From Candidatus Latescibacterota bacterium (lineage in GTDB: Bacteria > Latescibacterota > UBA2968 > SICM01), in contig CBDCJO010000002.1 in assembly GCA_965217865.1 (NCBI GenBank), positions 1,824,001 to 1,888,000 on the forward strand: DNA of 64,000 bases, given 5' to 3'. Shown piece by piece: positions 10,804 through 20,719 of this stretch. The notes under the pieces were generated by a model that did not search any database, was not told where the DNA came from, and saw nothing but the letters and a program-made list of their open reading frames with translations. Position 1 is the stretch's first letter. Every line of letters begins with the position of its first letter. Both the position numbers and the translations under genes were made by a program.

Positions 10804-11481
10804 TGAGCGGTCAGGCGAGAGGCAGACCACCCGTTGTGGAAATTACCGGCCCACAACGGCGCACATTGCGCGAACTGTGCCGCTTCACCAACCTGCGGGG
10901 GTTTCCCCCGACCATCCAGGAACTCGCGGACATCCTCGGGATATCGACCCCAAGCGTGCGCGACCAGGTCAAGCAACTCGTGCGGAAAGGCTACGTGAAA
11001 CGGGAGTCGAGGAAGGCCCGCGGGCTTACCGTCGTGCGCGAGCCAACAGATGAAGTGTTCGACCTGCAGACCGTTCCCATCATCGGCAGAGTAGCGGCCG
11101 GGCAGCCGATCCTGGCAGAGGAGAACATTACCGGCGAAGTTCTGATCGACAGCCATGCCGCCCGCTCCGGTCGCTGCTTCGCGCTGGAGGTCCAAGGCGA
11201 CAGCATGATCGACGCCGGCATCCGCGACCGGGACCCTGGTCGTGGTTCGGGAGCAGCCCGTGGCGGAGAGTGGCGACATCGTGGTCGCGCTGCTCGATCG
11301 GGACGCCACGGTCAAGCGGCTCTTCATCCGTGATGAGCGTATCGAGCTCCGGCCCGAAAATGCGAGATTTCGCTCCAGGCGGATCGGCCCCGACGATGGA
11401 CTGCGCATCCTGGGCAAGGTCGTCGCGGTCAGCCGGTCCGGGATCAACCGTTCTAACGGTGGAGCGGCCCAGGAAGAGTAA
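10804..11481 (+). pseudogene. lexA: LexA-like repressor, frameshifted near 11235
   Basis: FPPTIQELA HTH, GRVAAG cleavage site, GDSM serine; ATVKR lysine lies in the next frame (11242-11481). Confidence 0.85.
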
Positions 11482-11499
11482 ACAGGGAGAGTCCGGCCA

Positions 11500-12651
11500 A
11501 TGGCAACCTTCAACCTCCGACGCTTCGCCCATCCCGCCGGTCTCAAGGCTATCGCGCCAAAGCACCTCTTGGCGTTTCTGGAACCGCATCGAGCCTACTT
11601 CGCGAGCCGAGGGTTGAGGTTGCCGCCGCCGTCCGCGGCCAACGGGCTGGATTACGAACGACTCGTCTCAGTCCTTATGGACCCGGTCCCGGATACCCCG
11701 AAAGAGCTGCTCGATGCGCTCTTCTTCGTTCATGAGATGTCCACCAACGAGTGCATGGACGTCCTGCTGGAAGAGGCGGAGAGCCACGGCCTCTCGCTGA
11801 ATGGTCAGACGGACCCGACCGCTGCGGACGTCGCCGTCCAGATCTTCTTGAAGGACAAGGCGCTGCTGGAGCGCAAGCACGCCGAGCGTTATCTCACGCG
11901 GCCGCGGTCCTTCGAGCACTTCCAGACGGAGGTGCGGCCGGTCCCTGCGTTCAAACAGCCCTCACCACAAATTCTGGCCGCGCTCGAACACGACCTCGAC
12001 GACTGGTTCCAGCTGAAGAAACGTGGTCGAGGCTCACGGGTGTTCGTGTATCCGAAGGGCGGTTCGATCTGGTTTCTGGTGCGCCACGGCGATCCGTTCC
12101 GGCGCGAAGGCAGCCTCGACGGCGGTCGAACCTCGAGCGTGTTCTACCGGCCGGAGCGGCATGACGTGCTGGTCTATGAACCGGCCATCGGTGAAATTCG
12201 CATGCACGCCCGCAGCAAGGGCGAGAAGGAGCTCTACCGCGTGTCGTTCGGCCGTCATGTCTTCGGCGACGAGGACTTTTTCCCCCGCGCCGGCAAGTAT
12301 ACGCTCGATCCGATCCGGCGGGATGGGGCGGCGTCCGTCGTCTGCACGGACGTCGATGGGATCGACTGGGTGCGGCTCAAGGAAATCCAGATCTTGTGGG
12401 GCGGTGCGGAACAGGAGATCGAGATCCGCAAGGCCGACGATCTGTTCGCCGCGCTGGAGGGAAGAGGACGAAGCATTCCGGTCACGGCGCCGATCCTGCG
12501 AGCGAGCTTTCTGGTCATGTTCACCGATTCGAAGACGCCCCGCACCGTCACCATCCGGCCCTCGAACATCGCCCAGTACAGCCGCGACAGCGACGCCGAC
12601 GTGGTGGAGGACTGGCTCACCAAGCGAGGCTTCATTGAACAGGACGAATGA
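11500..12651 (+). CDS. Hypothetical protein (383 aa) in the lexA-like operon
   Basis: Long ORF with GGGAG RBS, coupled by ATGA to the next gene; no family recognised. Confidence 0.8.
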   Translation: MATFNLRRFAHPAGLKAIAPKHLLAFLEPHRAYFASRGLRLPPPSAANGLDYERLVSVLMDPVPDTPKELLDALFFVHEMSTNECMDVLLEEAESHGLSLNGQTDPTAADVAVQIFLKDKALLERKHAERYLTRPRSFEHFQTEVRPVPAFKQPSPQILAALEHDLDDWFQLKKRGRGSRVFVYPKGGSIWFLVRHGDPFRREGSLDGGRTSSVFYRPERHDVLVYEPAIGEIRMHARSKGEKELYRVSFGRHVFGDEDFFPRAGKYTLDPIRRDGAASVVCTDVDGIDWVRLKEIQILWGGAEQEIEIRKADDLFAALEGRGRSIPVTAPILRASFLVMFTDSKTPRTVTIRPSNIAQYSRDSDADVVEDWLTKRGFIEQDE

Positions 12652-13724
12652 CGAATAGGCCCGGATGCTTCTGGCAAGCGCTGGAATCCGTTCCCGGTTT
12701 GTCGGCCGTGGACGCGGAATGGCGCATGCGTTGCGGCGCCGGGTACGCATCGGCCAAGTCGTTTCTTCGGCCCAACGGCCGGCGGGCCTCGTCGCATCCC
12801 TGTACGGTTCGTCCCGGCTGTGGGTGCGCGCACGAGGTGGTGGTGCACGGGCAGGACGACATCGTCGCGGTCTGTCGATGTGGGCGTGGCTGCATGACGT
12901 ACCCGTTGAAGGCGTCTGATATCGTCCTATACGAACTGGACCGCGCAGCCTTCGACCAGGCGGTGGCTGGCGCCCTCAATCTGATGGGAGAACAGGTCCC
13001 TGTGCCCGGCCTCCATCAGACGACGCGGCTTGGCGTCTACGCACCCACCGCGGGCTTTCGCTTTCCCGTCTATCTGACGATCCAGCTGGAACCGGGCGAC
13101 TTCGATCACATCGTCAATAGTCTCGCGAACCGGACCGATGCACCGTTTGTCCTGTTAGCTCCCACACGCGATCTCTGCACTGTGCGGACGGAAGAGCTTC
13201 TGACAGGCAGGACGTCCGCCTTCGTTTCATTGTCGGAGGAAGTCGCCATCGGTGTAAGCGAGAGGCTGCGCCTCCTCCGGCCCCTCAAGGAGATCCTGTC
13301 GTCGTTCCGGACGGCCAATCTCTCGTCTCCCAAGCATGTCGACTCGATGGTCTTTTTCTCGACGCCACCCGAGGCGACTTGGCGCGACGTAGCGATCAGC
13401 TTCATTGACGGTCACACCGTCTCGGCCCAGGTGAAGTCCGTGCGCAGCGTGTGCAACTACACGCAGATGGGCATGGCCAACAGGAAGAACGGTGAGCCGA
13501 CCAAGCAATGGAAGCTGTTGGAAGGCTTCGCCAACTCCCATGGTCAGATTGACTGGCACGGCAGGCACGCAGCGCTCAGTGTGAAGAAGCAGAAGCAGGA
13601 ACTGTCGAAGCGGCTGCGGGCATTCTTCAGGATCGACGATGACCCCATCGAGTGGGTGAAGGACACTTCAAGCTACTACAGGTGCAAGTTCAGGATTCTT
13701 CCAATCGGAGGTGACGAGTACTAA
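12648..13724 (+). CDS. Hypothetical protein with Cys/His-rich N-terminus and possible C-terminal winged helix
   Basis: HPC..CGCAH..CRC..C cluster; basic C-terminal helix KKQKQELSKRLRAFF...YRCKF. Confidence 0.75.
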   Translation: MTNRPGCFWQALESVPGLSAVDAEWRMRCGAGYASAKSFLRPNGRRASSHPCTVRPGCGCAHEVVVHGQDDIVAVCRCGRGCMTYPLKASDIVLYELDRAAFDQAVAGALNLMGEQVPVPGLHQTTRLGVYAPTAGFRFPVYLTIQLEPGDFDHIVNSLANRTDAPFVLLAPTRDLCTVRTEELLTGRTSAFVSLSEEVAIGVSERLRLLRPLKEILSSFRTANLSSPKHVDSMVFFSTPPEATWRDVAISFIDGHTVSAQVKSVRSVCNYTQMGMANRKNGEPTKQWKLLEGFANSHGQIDWHGRHAALSVKKQKQELSKRLRAFFRIDDDPIEWVKDTSSYYRCKFRILPIGGDEY

Positions 13725-13753
13725 AGGCTGCTCTCGTCATCATCCTGTGTCTG

Positions 13754-13785
13754 AGCCTCGAGCCAGTCTGGTTCGGGGCTTTTTT
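13754..13785 (+). terminator. Intrinsic terminator closing the lexA-like operon
   Basis: AGCCTCGAGCCAG-T-CTGGTTCGGGGCT stem (G-U pairs) followed by a T run. Confidence 0.7.
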
Positions 13786-14097
13786 CATGTCCTCCCGCCC
13801 GCCTCCAGCGAAATTTCGCTGTGCCTGCGGAAGCAGAATCAAAAAAATTTTCCCCTCCGTAAGCCCTCCATCCGACTGATTTCCCAGGCTTTGCCCGCAC
13901 TTGCGCCCCGACCGCCCGGGGCGTCCCACGCCGTCCATCGAAATTTCGCCATTGAGGGGTGAACGCTCCGGCGGGAGCTTCGCCCCGACGGTGGCGCCCG
14001 GAAACCCCGGGCAACGCCCTCTGGGAGGAACCCTCGCCGGACCCGCCTCTCAGGGGGCGATTTCGTTAATGCGCCAGCGCGCGAAAGGAGGTCCGGA

Positions 14098-14427
14098 ATG
14101 ACTGATGTGACCAAGGCGGCTCTGACGCCTGCCAGGCGACGCCTCGTCGAGCTGATGCAGGAGGTCAACTACGGGCGGATCGAACGGCTCGAAGTGCGGG
14201 AGTGGGAGCCCGTGTTCAAGCCGCCGCCCCGGGTGGTGCGGCAGATCGTGTTCGGGAAGGACAACGGACCGAACGCGCGCCGAGCCACCGACGGCTTCAC
14301 GCTCAAGAAAAAGGTGGCGGAGCTGTTCGAGGTCTTCGACCGGGAGCGGTCGCTCTCGATCCGGGAACTCGTGATCGAAAACGGGCTGCCCGTCCGCATG
14401 GCCGTGACGGACGCGATCCGGATCTGA
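14098..14427 (+). CDS. Hypothetical protein upstream of the sigma factor
   Basis: Strong AAGGAGG RBS, 109 aa. Confidence 0.75.
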   Translation: MTDVTKAALTPARRRLVELMQEVNYGRIERLEVREWEPVFKPPPRVVRQIVFGKDNGPNARRATDGFTLKKKVAELFEVFDRERSLSIRELVIENGLPVRMAVTDAIRI

Positions 14428-14611
14428 CTCCGGGCCCGACAGATAGAGCACGGTCCACACCAGACAACAGACCGGCCGCAAGGGCGGAGGTCGTTGTGGG
14501 TGTCGCCTTAACCAGCGTCCTCACAGCGCTTCCGCCTTCTCGTTTTGAGAGCGGTCGTACCGGCACAGGTCGACACCCGCGCGAGATCCTCCCCGGCCCC
14601 GGGGAGGCTCC

Positions 14612-15199
14612 ATGGGTTTCGACAACCAGTACGAGGGCATCGACGCGTATGCCGTCTGGCTCATCAGGTACAAGGCGAGGCAATTGGTGGGACAAGCAGG
14701 ATTCACAGCATCGGACCGGGACGATCTGGAGCAGGAGCTGATCCTCGACCTGCTGGGACGGCTGCCGAAATACGACCCCAAACGCGCCCGGCGCAACACG
14801 TTCATCGCCCGCGTGGTCGAGCACAGGATCGCCACCCTCATCGAGGCGCGAAAGGCCGGCATCCGGGACTACCGGCGCTGCCGCTGTTCCCTGAACGACC
14901 GGTTCGAGGACGAGGACGGCCGCTCGGTCGAGCGGGCGGAAACCGTCGATCAGGAGGACTATCTGCTTCGCACCGGCGCGCAGTCCAAGCCGTCGGAGGA
15001 GCTGAGCGCGCTGGCCATCGACATGGCCGCCGTCTTCGAAGGACTCCCGCCCGGGCTGCGCGATCTGTGCCGGCGCCTCCGGACCGAGACCGTCACCGAG
15101 ATCTCCCGCGACACGGGCATTCCGCGCGGAACGATCTACGAGTCGATCAGGAAGCTGCGGGAGATCTTCGAGGACGCCGGCCTCGAGGACTACCTCTGA
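14612..15199 (+). CDS. Sigma-70 family (ECF-like) RNA polymerase sigma factor
   Basis: Region 2-like DRDDLEQEL...YDPKRA...TFI.RVV; region 4 HTH TVTEISRDTGIPRGTIYESIRKLR; GGAGG RBS. Confidence 0.8.
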   Translation: MGFDNQYEGIDAYAVWLIRYKARQLVGQAGFTASDRDDLEQELILDLLGRLPKYDPKRARRNTFIARVVEHRIATLIEARKAGIRDYRRCRCSLNDRFEDEDGRSVERAETVDQEDYLLRTGAQSKPSEELSALAIDMAAVFEGLPPGLRDLCRRLRTETVTEISRDTGIPRGTIYESIRKLREIFEDAGLEDYL

Positions 15200-15205
15200 C
15201 CCGCT

Positions 15206-15236
15206 CCGACGGTCCCGGCCCGCCTCCGGTAGGTAA
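15206..15236 (+). promoter_or_regulatory. Motif A copy upstream of the primase operon
   Basis: CCGAC-ggtcccggcccgcct-CCGGTAGGTAA, 6 nt after the sigma stop codon. Confidence 0.7.
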
Positions 15237-15333
15237 TCACCGGGCCGGGCGTTGACGCGGCGTTTCGAGACGGCACGAAGTCCGGCCCGGGCGCGCCCTC
15301 CTGATGGACCACGACCCTATGGAGGCAAGGCAA

Positions 15334-15606
15334 ATGAATCGAGAGATCTACCGCTACAACTTCAACGCGAAGGTGCCGCTGCGGGACGTCGAGGAATCCC
15401 TGCTCCTGGCCGTGCTCGCCACCGAGAGCCTGCACGGCCGGGCCCTGGTGCGGCTTGACGCATCCTTCCGTCTGGACGCGAAGAAGCGCTCCTGCGTGGT
15501 GGACGCGGCGACCGACGTCGGCCGCGCCATCGCCCGCATCTTCACGGGCTTTCTGACGCGCGAATTCGGCGAGGAGGCCTTCAAGGTCGAGCGGATCGCG
15601 ATATGA
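15334..15606 (+). CDS. Hypothetical protein (3' end may be a deletion junction)
   Basis: GGAGG RBS; ATGA overlap with primase. Confidence 0.65.
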   Translation: MNREIYRYNFNAKVPLRDVEESLLLAVLATESLHGRALVRLDASFRLDAKKRSCVVDAATDVGRAIARIFTGFLTREFGEEAFKVERIAI

Positions 15607-18600
15607 CACGGACGAGGGCGGGCGACGTCAGGGAGTACTACCGGCTGGTCACCGACGTCGACATCGGCCGGTTGGCACGGGAGGTCCTCGCCGAGCGCAT
15701 CGTCCAGGAGGACGACCGCCTCCTGCAATGCGACTGCCCGAACCACCGGAGCAGCAGCCACCGCTCCCTCCACGTCCTGCTCGACAAGCAGGGCTGGTAC
15801 TGCTTCGGCTGCGGGGTGGGCGGCGACGTGCTGCAACTGGTCGAGTTCATCCAATCCGGCACGGTGACCGCTGGGCAATCCGGTCCCATGCCGGAGACCC
15901 ACCAGCGAGCCCGCGACTTCCTGGCCGCCAAGGCCTCTTTGCCACCGCTCGGCCATTACGGGCTTTCCCCCGAGCAACTGAAGGAGATCGAGTCGGAGCG
16001 GAAGCTGGAGGTGCGCGTCCAGGAAGCCCTGACTGAACTGGCGGCGTTCTACCACCGGCGTCTCAAGGAAGCACCGGAAGTCCTGGACTGGCTACACACC
16101 CACTACGGGATCTCCGACGACACGATCGATTCGCTCGCCATCGGTTATGCCGCCAACGGTCCCTGCAAGGACAACGGCAAGCAATACCGTGGCGTCATCT
16201 CCGCCCTGACCAAGCGGGAGAATCCCTTCAACGACTGCGAGCTCGCCGTCACCGGCGCGTTCCGTACCGCCAGTCACGACGGTCTGTTCCCCTTCTTCGA
16301 GGGCCGCATCGTCTTCCCCTATTGGAGTCGTGGCCGCGTGGTCTTCATGATCGGACGCAAGACGCCCTGGACTCCCGCCAACCAATGGGAGCAGAGTAAA
16401 TACAAGAAACTCCCGGTCCACAACGACCACAGGAACCGGCACATTGCGCCGTCGATCAACAACGGCCACCTCTACAACGAGGACTGCCTGCTCTCCCGGC
16501 CCGAGCGCGTCGTCATCACCGAGGGCGTCACCGACTGCATCGCGCTCGTGGAGCGCGGGTTCCCGGCCGTCTCCCCAGCAACGGTGCGGATCAAAGGAGC
16601 CGACTGGGATCGCCTTCTGCCCAAGCTAAGAGGGGTGAAAACGGTCTACATCTGCCAGGACAACGAGGTCTCGCAGGCGGGCCTCAATGGCGCGCTCAAG
16701 ACGGCGAGCGTGCTCACCGGGCACAAGATTCAGACCCGGCTGGTGGTCCTGCCCCTCGATGAATCGCGGCAGGAGGCCCGTCAGGCACTCAAGGAGCGCT
16801 TTGACCTGGATGCGGCCGTCGGAGCGCGAGAGCTTGCCAAACACCTCAATGGCCGCGCATCCCAAGACATCAAGGAAGCCGAGCGTCTGCTCGGTGCGGC
16901 CAAAATCGATGTCAACGACTACTTCGCGTCGGGCCACACGGCGAAGGACTTCGAAGCATTGCTCGGCGAGGCCACGCCGCCGCTCGAATTCGGCATCGAC
17001 CGGCTACCGGCTGATGCCACCGAATCGGAACGTAACCAGCACCTCGAGCCGATCCTTTGCCAGGTGGCGACTCTTTCTCCCCTGGAGCAGAGCAGCCACC
17101 TGAAGCGCATCCAGGAGCGATTCGGCAAGTCAAACCTGTCACTGACCACGTTGCGCGACCAGGTGCGGGCCCTGCGGAAGGAGTGCAAAGAGCAAGCCCA
17201 GCAAGAGCAACGCCGCGAGAAGCACTTCACCGATGCGCCATCCGGCTCCTGCCGGGCTCGCATCGAGGAGGTGTTGATGGAGACCGCGGAGGGGAACGCC
17301 CCCGATTACACTCAGGTCGCCGAGGCCGCCTACGAGTGGTTCACCGCCCACGGCGCGCAGTTCTTCCACACCCGCGACGGGGAACCCTTCCTGCATTTCG
17401 ACAACGCCATCTACTGGATGGACTCCGCCGACCGGGGGCGCAAGCGGCAGTATGCGGCCATGCTCTACGAGCAGACCGGCCTGGTGCCGACGTCGTCCGG
17501 AGGACGCACCTTCTTCGAGGTCCTTCCCAGCCTGGCCCTCATCCGGGGTCAGATGCGGGACCACTTCTCCTGGCTCCACACAGACGTCTCGAACCACACC
17601 GTCTACTTCAACCTCAACAACGACCAGCACGAGATCGCCAGGATCACGCCCGGCGGCATCGAACTCCTCAAGAACGGCGGCAACGCCGACGGCATCATCC
17701 TCGAAGGCTCGCAGAAGATGATGCCGCTCCGGTTCCTGGCCGACGCCGATCCCGCCGAGGCCGACCGGCTGCTGTCAACGCTGATCCGGGACAACCTGAC
17801 CTGCGCCCCGGGCGAAAGCGCGCTGATCCTCTCGTGGCTGTCCTGCTTCCTGCTGATCGACTTTGCCGGCACACGGCCCATGACCCGCTTCGAGGGGCCC
17901 GCCGGCTCGGGCAAGACCACGGCCAGCAAGCTCATCTCGGCGCTGCTCTACGGCGAGCCCCAGCAGAAGAAGAGCACCGACGCGGCCAACTACACCGACG
18001 GCTCGCGGAATCCGCTCATCGTCCTCGACAACATCGAGGTCAAACAGATGACCGAGGAGCTGACCACCTTCCTGCTGACCAGCATCACCGGCATCGCCAA
18101 GGAGAAGCGCAAGAGCGGCACCGACACCGGGACCGTCATCGAACGCACCAAATGCCTGCTCAACACCACCGGGATCGAGCCGCTGCGGGGGGAGCTTTCG
18201 GAGATTCTGTCCCGTTCCTTCGTCATCACCTTCGACTTGGCCAGCCAGGCCGATCACTGCTTTCTCGAAACCGAGGTCATTTCGGCTATTCAGAAAAACC
18301 GCGACCTGATCCTCTCGGCCATGCTCAAGCGCACCCGGCACGTGCTGGCCATGATGCGCGACGGGCGCCGCAGACAGGCGATGAAACTCCTGCTCGAGAG
18401 CCTGGGCGATCACGACAAGCGCCGCTGCAACGACTATCTGAGCCTGATGTACCTCATGATGCTGGCCAGCTCCCAAGAACACGAAGTCGATGCCGGACTC
18501 GAGGCATTGAATCCAAGGTTCCTCGATCAGATCAACGTCCTCAACGCGACCAGCCAGCAGACCGCCCGGGACTCCAACCCCATCGCCACGGCCCTGGAAT

Positions 18601-18950
18601 CGCTCTTCCATGCCTTCCACAATGCGGTGGATCTGGACGAAAAAGCCCGCCTCGGACAGGACGACGACCGGGCAGACCATGTCGCCAAGTTCATCGAGCG
18701 CTACCTGGTGCGCTTCGAAGACCCCACCACCATGGAACCGGTCTCCGCCGGCCGGTTGCTGGCCGCACTGCGCAGAGTCGCCCGGGAGTTCAGCCTGGAA
18801 TTCGAATACGGCAAGCCCGCGCAGCTTGCCCGCCGCATCAGCAACGACATGCAGGTCCTGGGGCAAGCCGGGTTCGTCATCGAGCGGGAATACAATACCC
18901 ACACCAAGACGTTCGACTACCGGATCAGAAAAGTCCGCAGCCCCGAGTAG
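15603..18950 (+). CDS. DnaG-type primase fused to a P-loop NTPase/helicase
   Basis: CPNH...WYCFGC zinc finger, TOPRIM ITEGVTD / QDNE, Walker A GPAGSGKT. Confidence 0.9.
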   Translation: MTRTRAGDVREYYRLVTDVDIGRLAREVLAERIVQEDDRLLQCDCPNHRSSSHRSLHVLLDKQGWYCFGCGVGGDVLQLVEFIQSGTVTAGQSGPMPETHQRARDFLAAKASLPPLGHYGLSPEQLKEIESERKLEVRVQEALTELAAFYHRRLKEAPEVLDWLHTHYGISDDTIDSLAIGYAANGPCKDNGKQYRGVISALTKRENPFNDCELAVTGAFRTASHDGLFPFFEGRIVFPYWSRGRVVFMIGRKTPWTPANQWEQSKYKKLPVHNDHRNRHIAPSINNGHLYNEDCLLSRPERVVITEGVTDCIALVERGFPAVSPATVRIKGADWDRLLPKLRGVKTVYICQDNEVSQAGLNGALKTASVLTGHKIQTRLVVLPLDESRQEARQALKERFDLDAAVGARELAKHLNGRASQDIKEAERLLGAAKIDVNDYFASGHTAKDFEALLGEATPPLEFGIDRLPADATESERNQHLEPILCQVATLSPLEQSSHLKRIQERFGKSNLSLTTLRDQVRALRKECKEQAQQEQRREKHFTDAPSGSCRARIEEVLMETAEGNAPDYTQVAEAAYEWFTAHGAQFFHTRDGEPFLHFDNAIYWMDSADRGRKRQYAAMLYEQTGLVPTSSGGRTFFEVLPSLALIRGQMRDHFSWLHTDVSNHTVYFNLNNDQHEIARITPGGIELLKNGGNADGIILEGSQKMMPLRFLADADPAEADRLLSTLIRDNLTCAPGESALILSWLSCFLLIDFAGTRPMTRFEGPAGSGKTTASKLISALLYGEPQQKKSTDAANYTDGSRNPLIVLDNIEVKQMTEELTTFLLTSITGIAKEKRKSGTDTGTVIERTKCLLNTTGIEPLRGELSEILSRSFVITFDLASQADHCFLETEVISAIQKNRDLILSAMLKRTRHVLAMMRDGRRRQAMKLLLESLGDHDKRRCNDYLSLMYLMMLASSQEHEVDAGLEALNPRFLDQINVLNATSQQTARDSNPIATALESLFHAFHNAVDLDEKARLGQDDDRADHVAKFIERYLVRFEDPTTMEPVSAGRLLAALRRVAREFSLEFEYGKPAQLARRISNDMQVLGQAGFVIEREYNTHTKTFDYRIRKVRSPE

Positions 18951-19464
18951 GCGCGCAGGGCCTATGCCTGCAGCAAGCGCCGCTCCCACCTGTCGCGCCG
19001 CCCATCGGCAGTCACCAGCACATAGACGTTGTCCCCGCTCACCCCTTCTCCAGGTCGCGCGCCGCGTCATCGGTCAGCTGAACCGGGAAGGACATCAGCG
19101 GGAAGCGTTTGACGAACGCGCGGAGATAGAGGAGCATGAAGGCGGATTGACTCAGACGCAGGCGGAAGAGCAGGCCGAAGCCGAGCGCAAGGCCAAGCGG
19201 AAGCGCGGGCAGAAATAGCCCCCGGGTCGATCACCTTGCGTCGAAACACGGCCCCAAACCAGGCTGGAACGGGTTTGGCCGGAGGCCGGGCAGGATCATA
19301 CCGGGTAAAAACCGGCTGTTGTATTCAGCAGATGACCCGGCATAGCGGGCTCTTGCATATGGTGGTGACATGGGCACAATAACTACAACGGAAATATGAT
19401 GTCAAAGGTAAAACAATCCAACCGGTTCTTACGTGATATAACCATGGGGGGGTAGGTTATAAAG

Positions 19465-19950
19465 ATGCGACAACGGATAAGCATGGTGGCCCAACGCGAG
19501 GAACGGCGTGACACAGTCATGAAACTGGTGCTGGAAGGCTTTACTTACAGGCAGATCGAAGCGCGGACCGGCTTTTCACGTGGGACTATAGGACGGGACA
19601 TCCACGCCCGCCTTGAGGCGGCTGCTGCCGAGTGCCCGCACACCAAGAGGTATCGGCAACTACATCGCGCGCGAATAAATCAACTTCTGATGTGGTGGTG
19701 GGATAAGGCGGCGGAGGACCTTGGCGCGCTCGACCGCGTGCTCCGAATTCTGGAGCGTGAGGCGAAGCTGCTCGGGCTCGATAAGCCCCAGGAACTCCAG
19801 CACAGCGGCGAGATCGCGCTGGAGAAGCCCGACTTGTCGGCGTTGACCAACAAGGATGTCGAGGATCTGCGGGAGTTGGTGGAGGCGTACGCGGAGGCGA
19901 AGGCGAAGGGAAATGGAAGTGCGCGCCTGCCTCGCCTCAAGAGTAAGTAA
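19465..19950 (+). CDS. HTH protein, terminase small subunit-like; paralog of 21946-22362
   Basis: GFTYRQIEARTGFSRGTI HTH; ALDRVLRILEREAKLLGLD; QHSGEI...DLSALT tail. Confidence 0.6.
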   Translation: MRQRISMVAQREERRDTVMKLVLEGFTYRQIEARTGFSRGTIGRDIHARLEAAAAECPHTKRYRQLHRARINQLLMWWWDKAAEDLGALDRVLRILEREAKLLGLDKPQELQHSGEIALEKPDLSALTNKDVEDLRELVEAYAEAKAKGNGSARLPRLKSK

Positions 19951-20415
19951 TTCCCAAGCGCGGGGAAGGGGAAGCCGGAGGGTGGCGCGTCCTCGGGCAA
20001 GACTTCCTTGACGGATGTTGCGGGAATTCCCTGGTATACTACCAGCGCCTTAACTGCCATCACAATGAAACGGTCACGAAGGACGTTCTGAAAACCGTCT
20101 GGACCTGGCTTCCTCTTCGGCTTTTTGCGAGTACCATTAAAGACGCCATCTGTCCATTCACGCAATGCGGGCGGAACAGGCAACGGGTCCAGAAGAGGTT
20201 TGTTGTCCTTCCGCAGGATCTTTAAGTGGATCTGAACAGGATGGTTGTCATTCACCCAAGCCTTATACAAGGCATGAAGGACTTGCAATGCGGTGAAATG
20301 TGTTTCAGATCTCTTGATCCACTTCGCGATCTCCTTGTCATCGCCGTAAACAAAAGAGTCATATTTGCCCCTCTTAAACTTGCCATCTTTGCCCGGCTCA
20401 AGCCATACGTAGGAT

Positions 20416-20700
20416 TCATTCATTAGACGGTCCCCCCAGATAGGCCGCCCAATCGTCCATGAGCTTGCGGCGACGGTCGAAAAGGTCCGAACGTGCATAA
20501 GCCGCCTCGATCTGGTTGCGGACCTTGTGTGCCAGCGCTGCCTCCGCCACCTCTCGCGGCGCGTCGGTGCATTCCGCCGCCCAGTCCCGGAAGCTCGACC
20601 GGAATCCGTGCGGCACGGCTGGAACGTCCAGGTCCCGAAGCCGGGCGATGACATCGGCGGCGTGAGCCTTGAGGTAGCTGATCGGCTTGATCCGGCTGGC
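20416..20700 (-). pseudogene. P4-like tyrosine integrase C-terminal fragment fused to a Phd/YefM-like antitoxin fragment
   Basis: HGFRSSFRDWAAE...ALAH...AY.RSDLFDRRRKLMDDWA preceded in frame by IKPISYLKAHAADVI. Confidence 0.75.
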
Positions 20701-20719
20701 CAGCGCCACCCGCCTCGTT

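Noticed and set aside
19452-19460. GGTAGGTTA as another motif A copy
   Set aside because: No CCGAC box at the required distance
20416-20660. P4-like integrase as the enzyme for ssrA integration
   Set aside because: Only a C-terminal fragment, far from either end of the element
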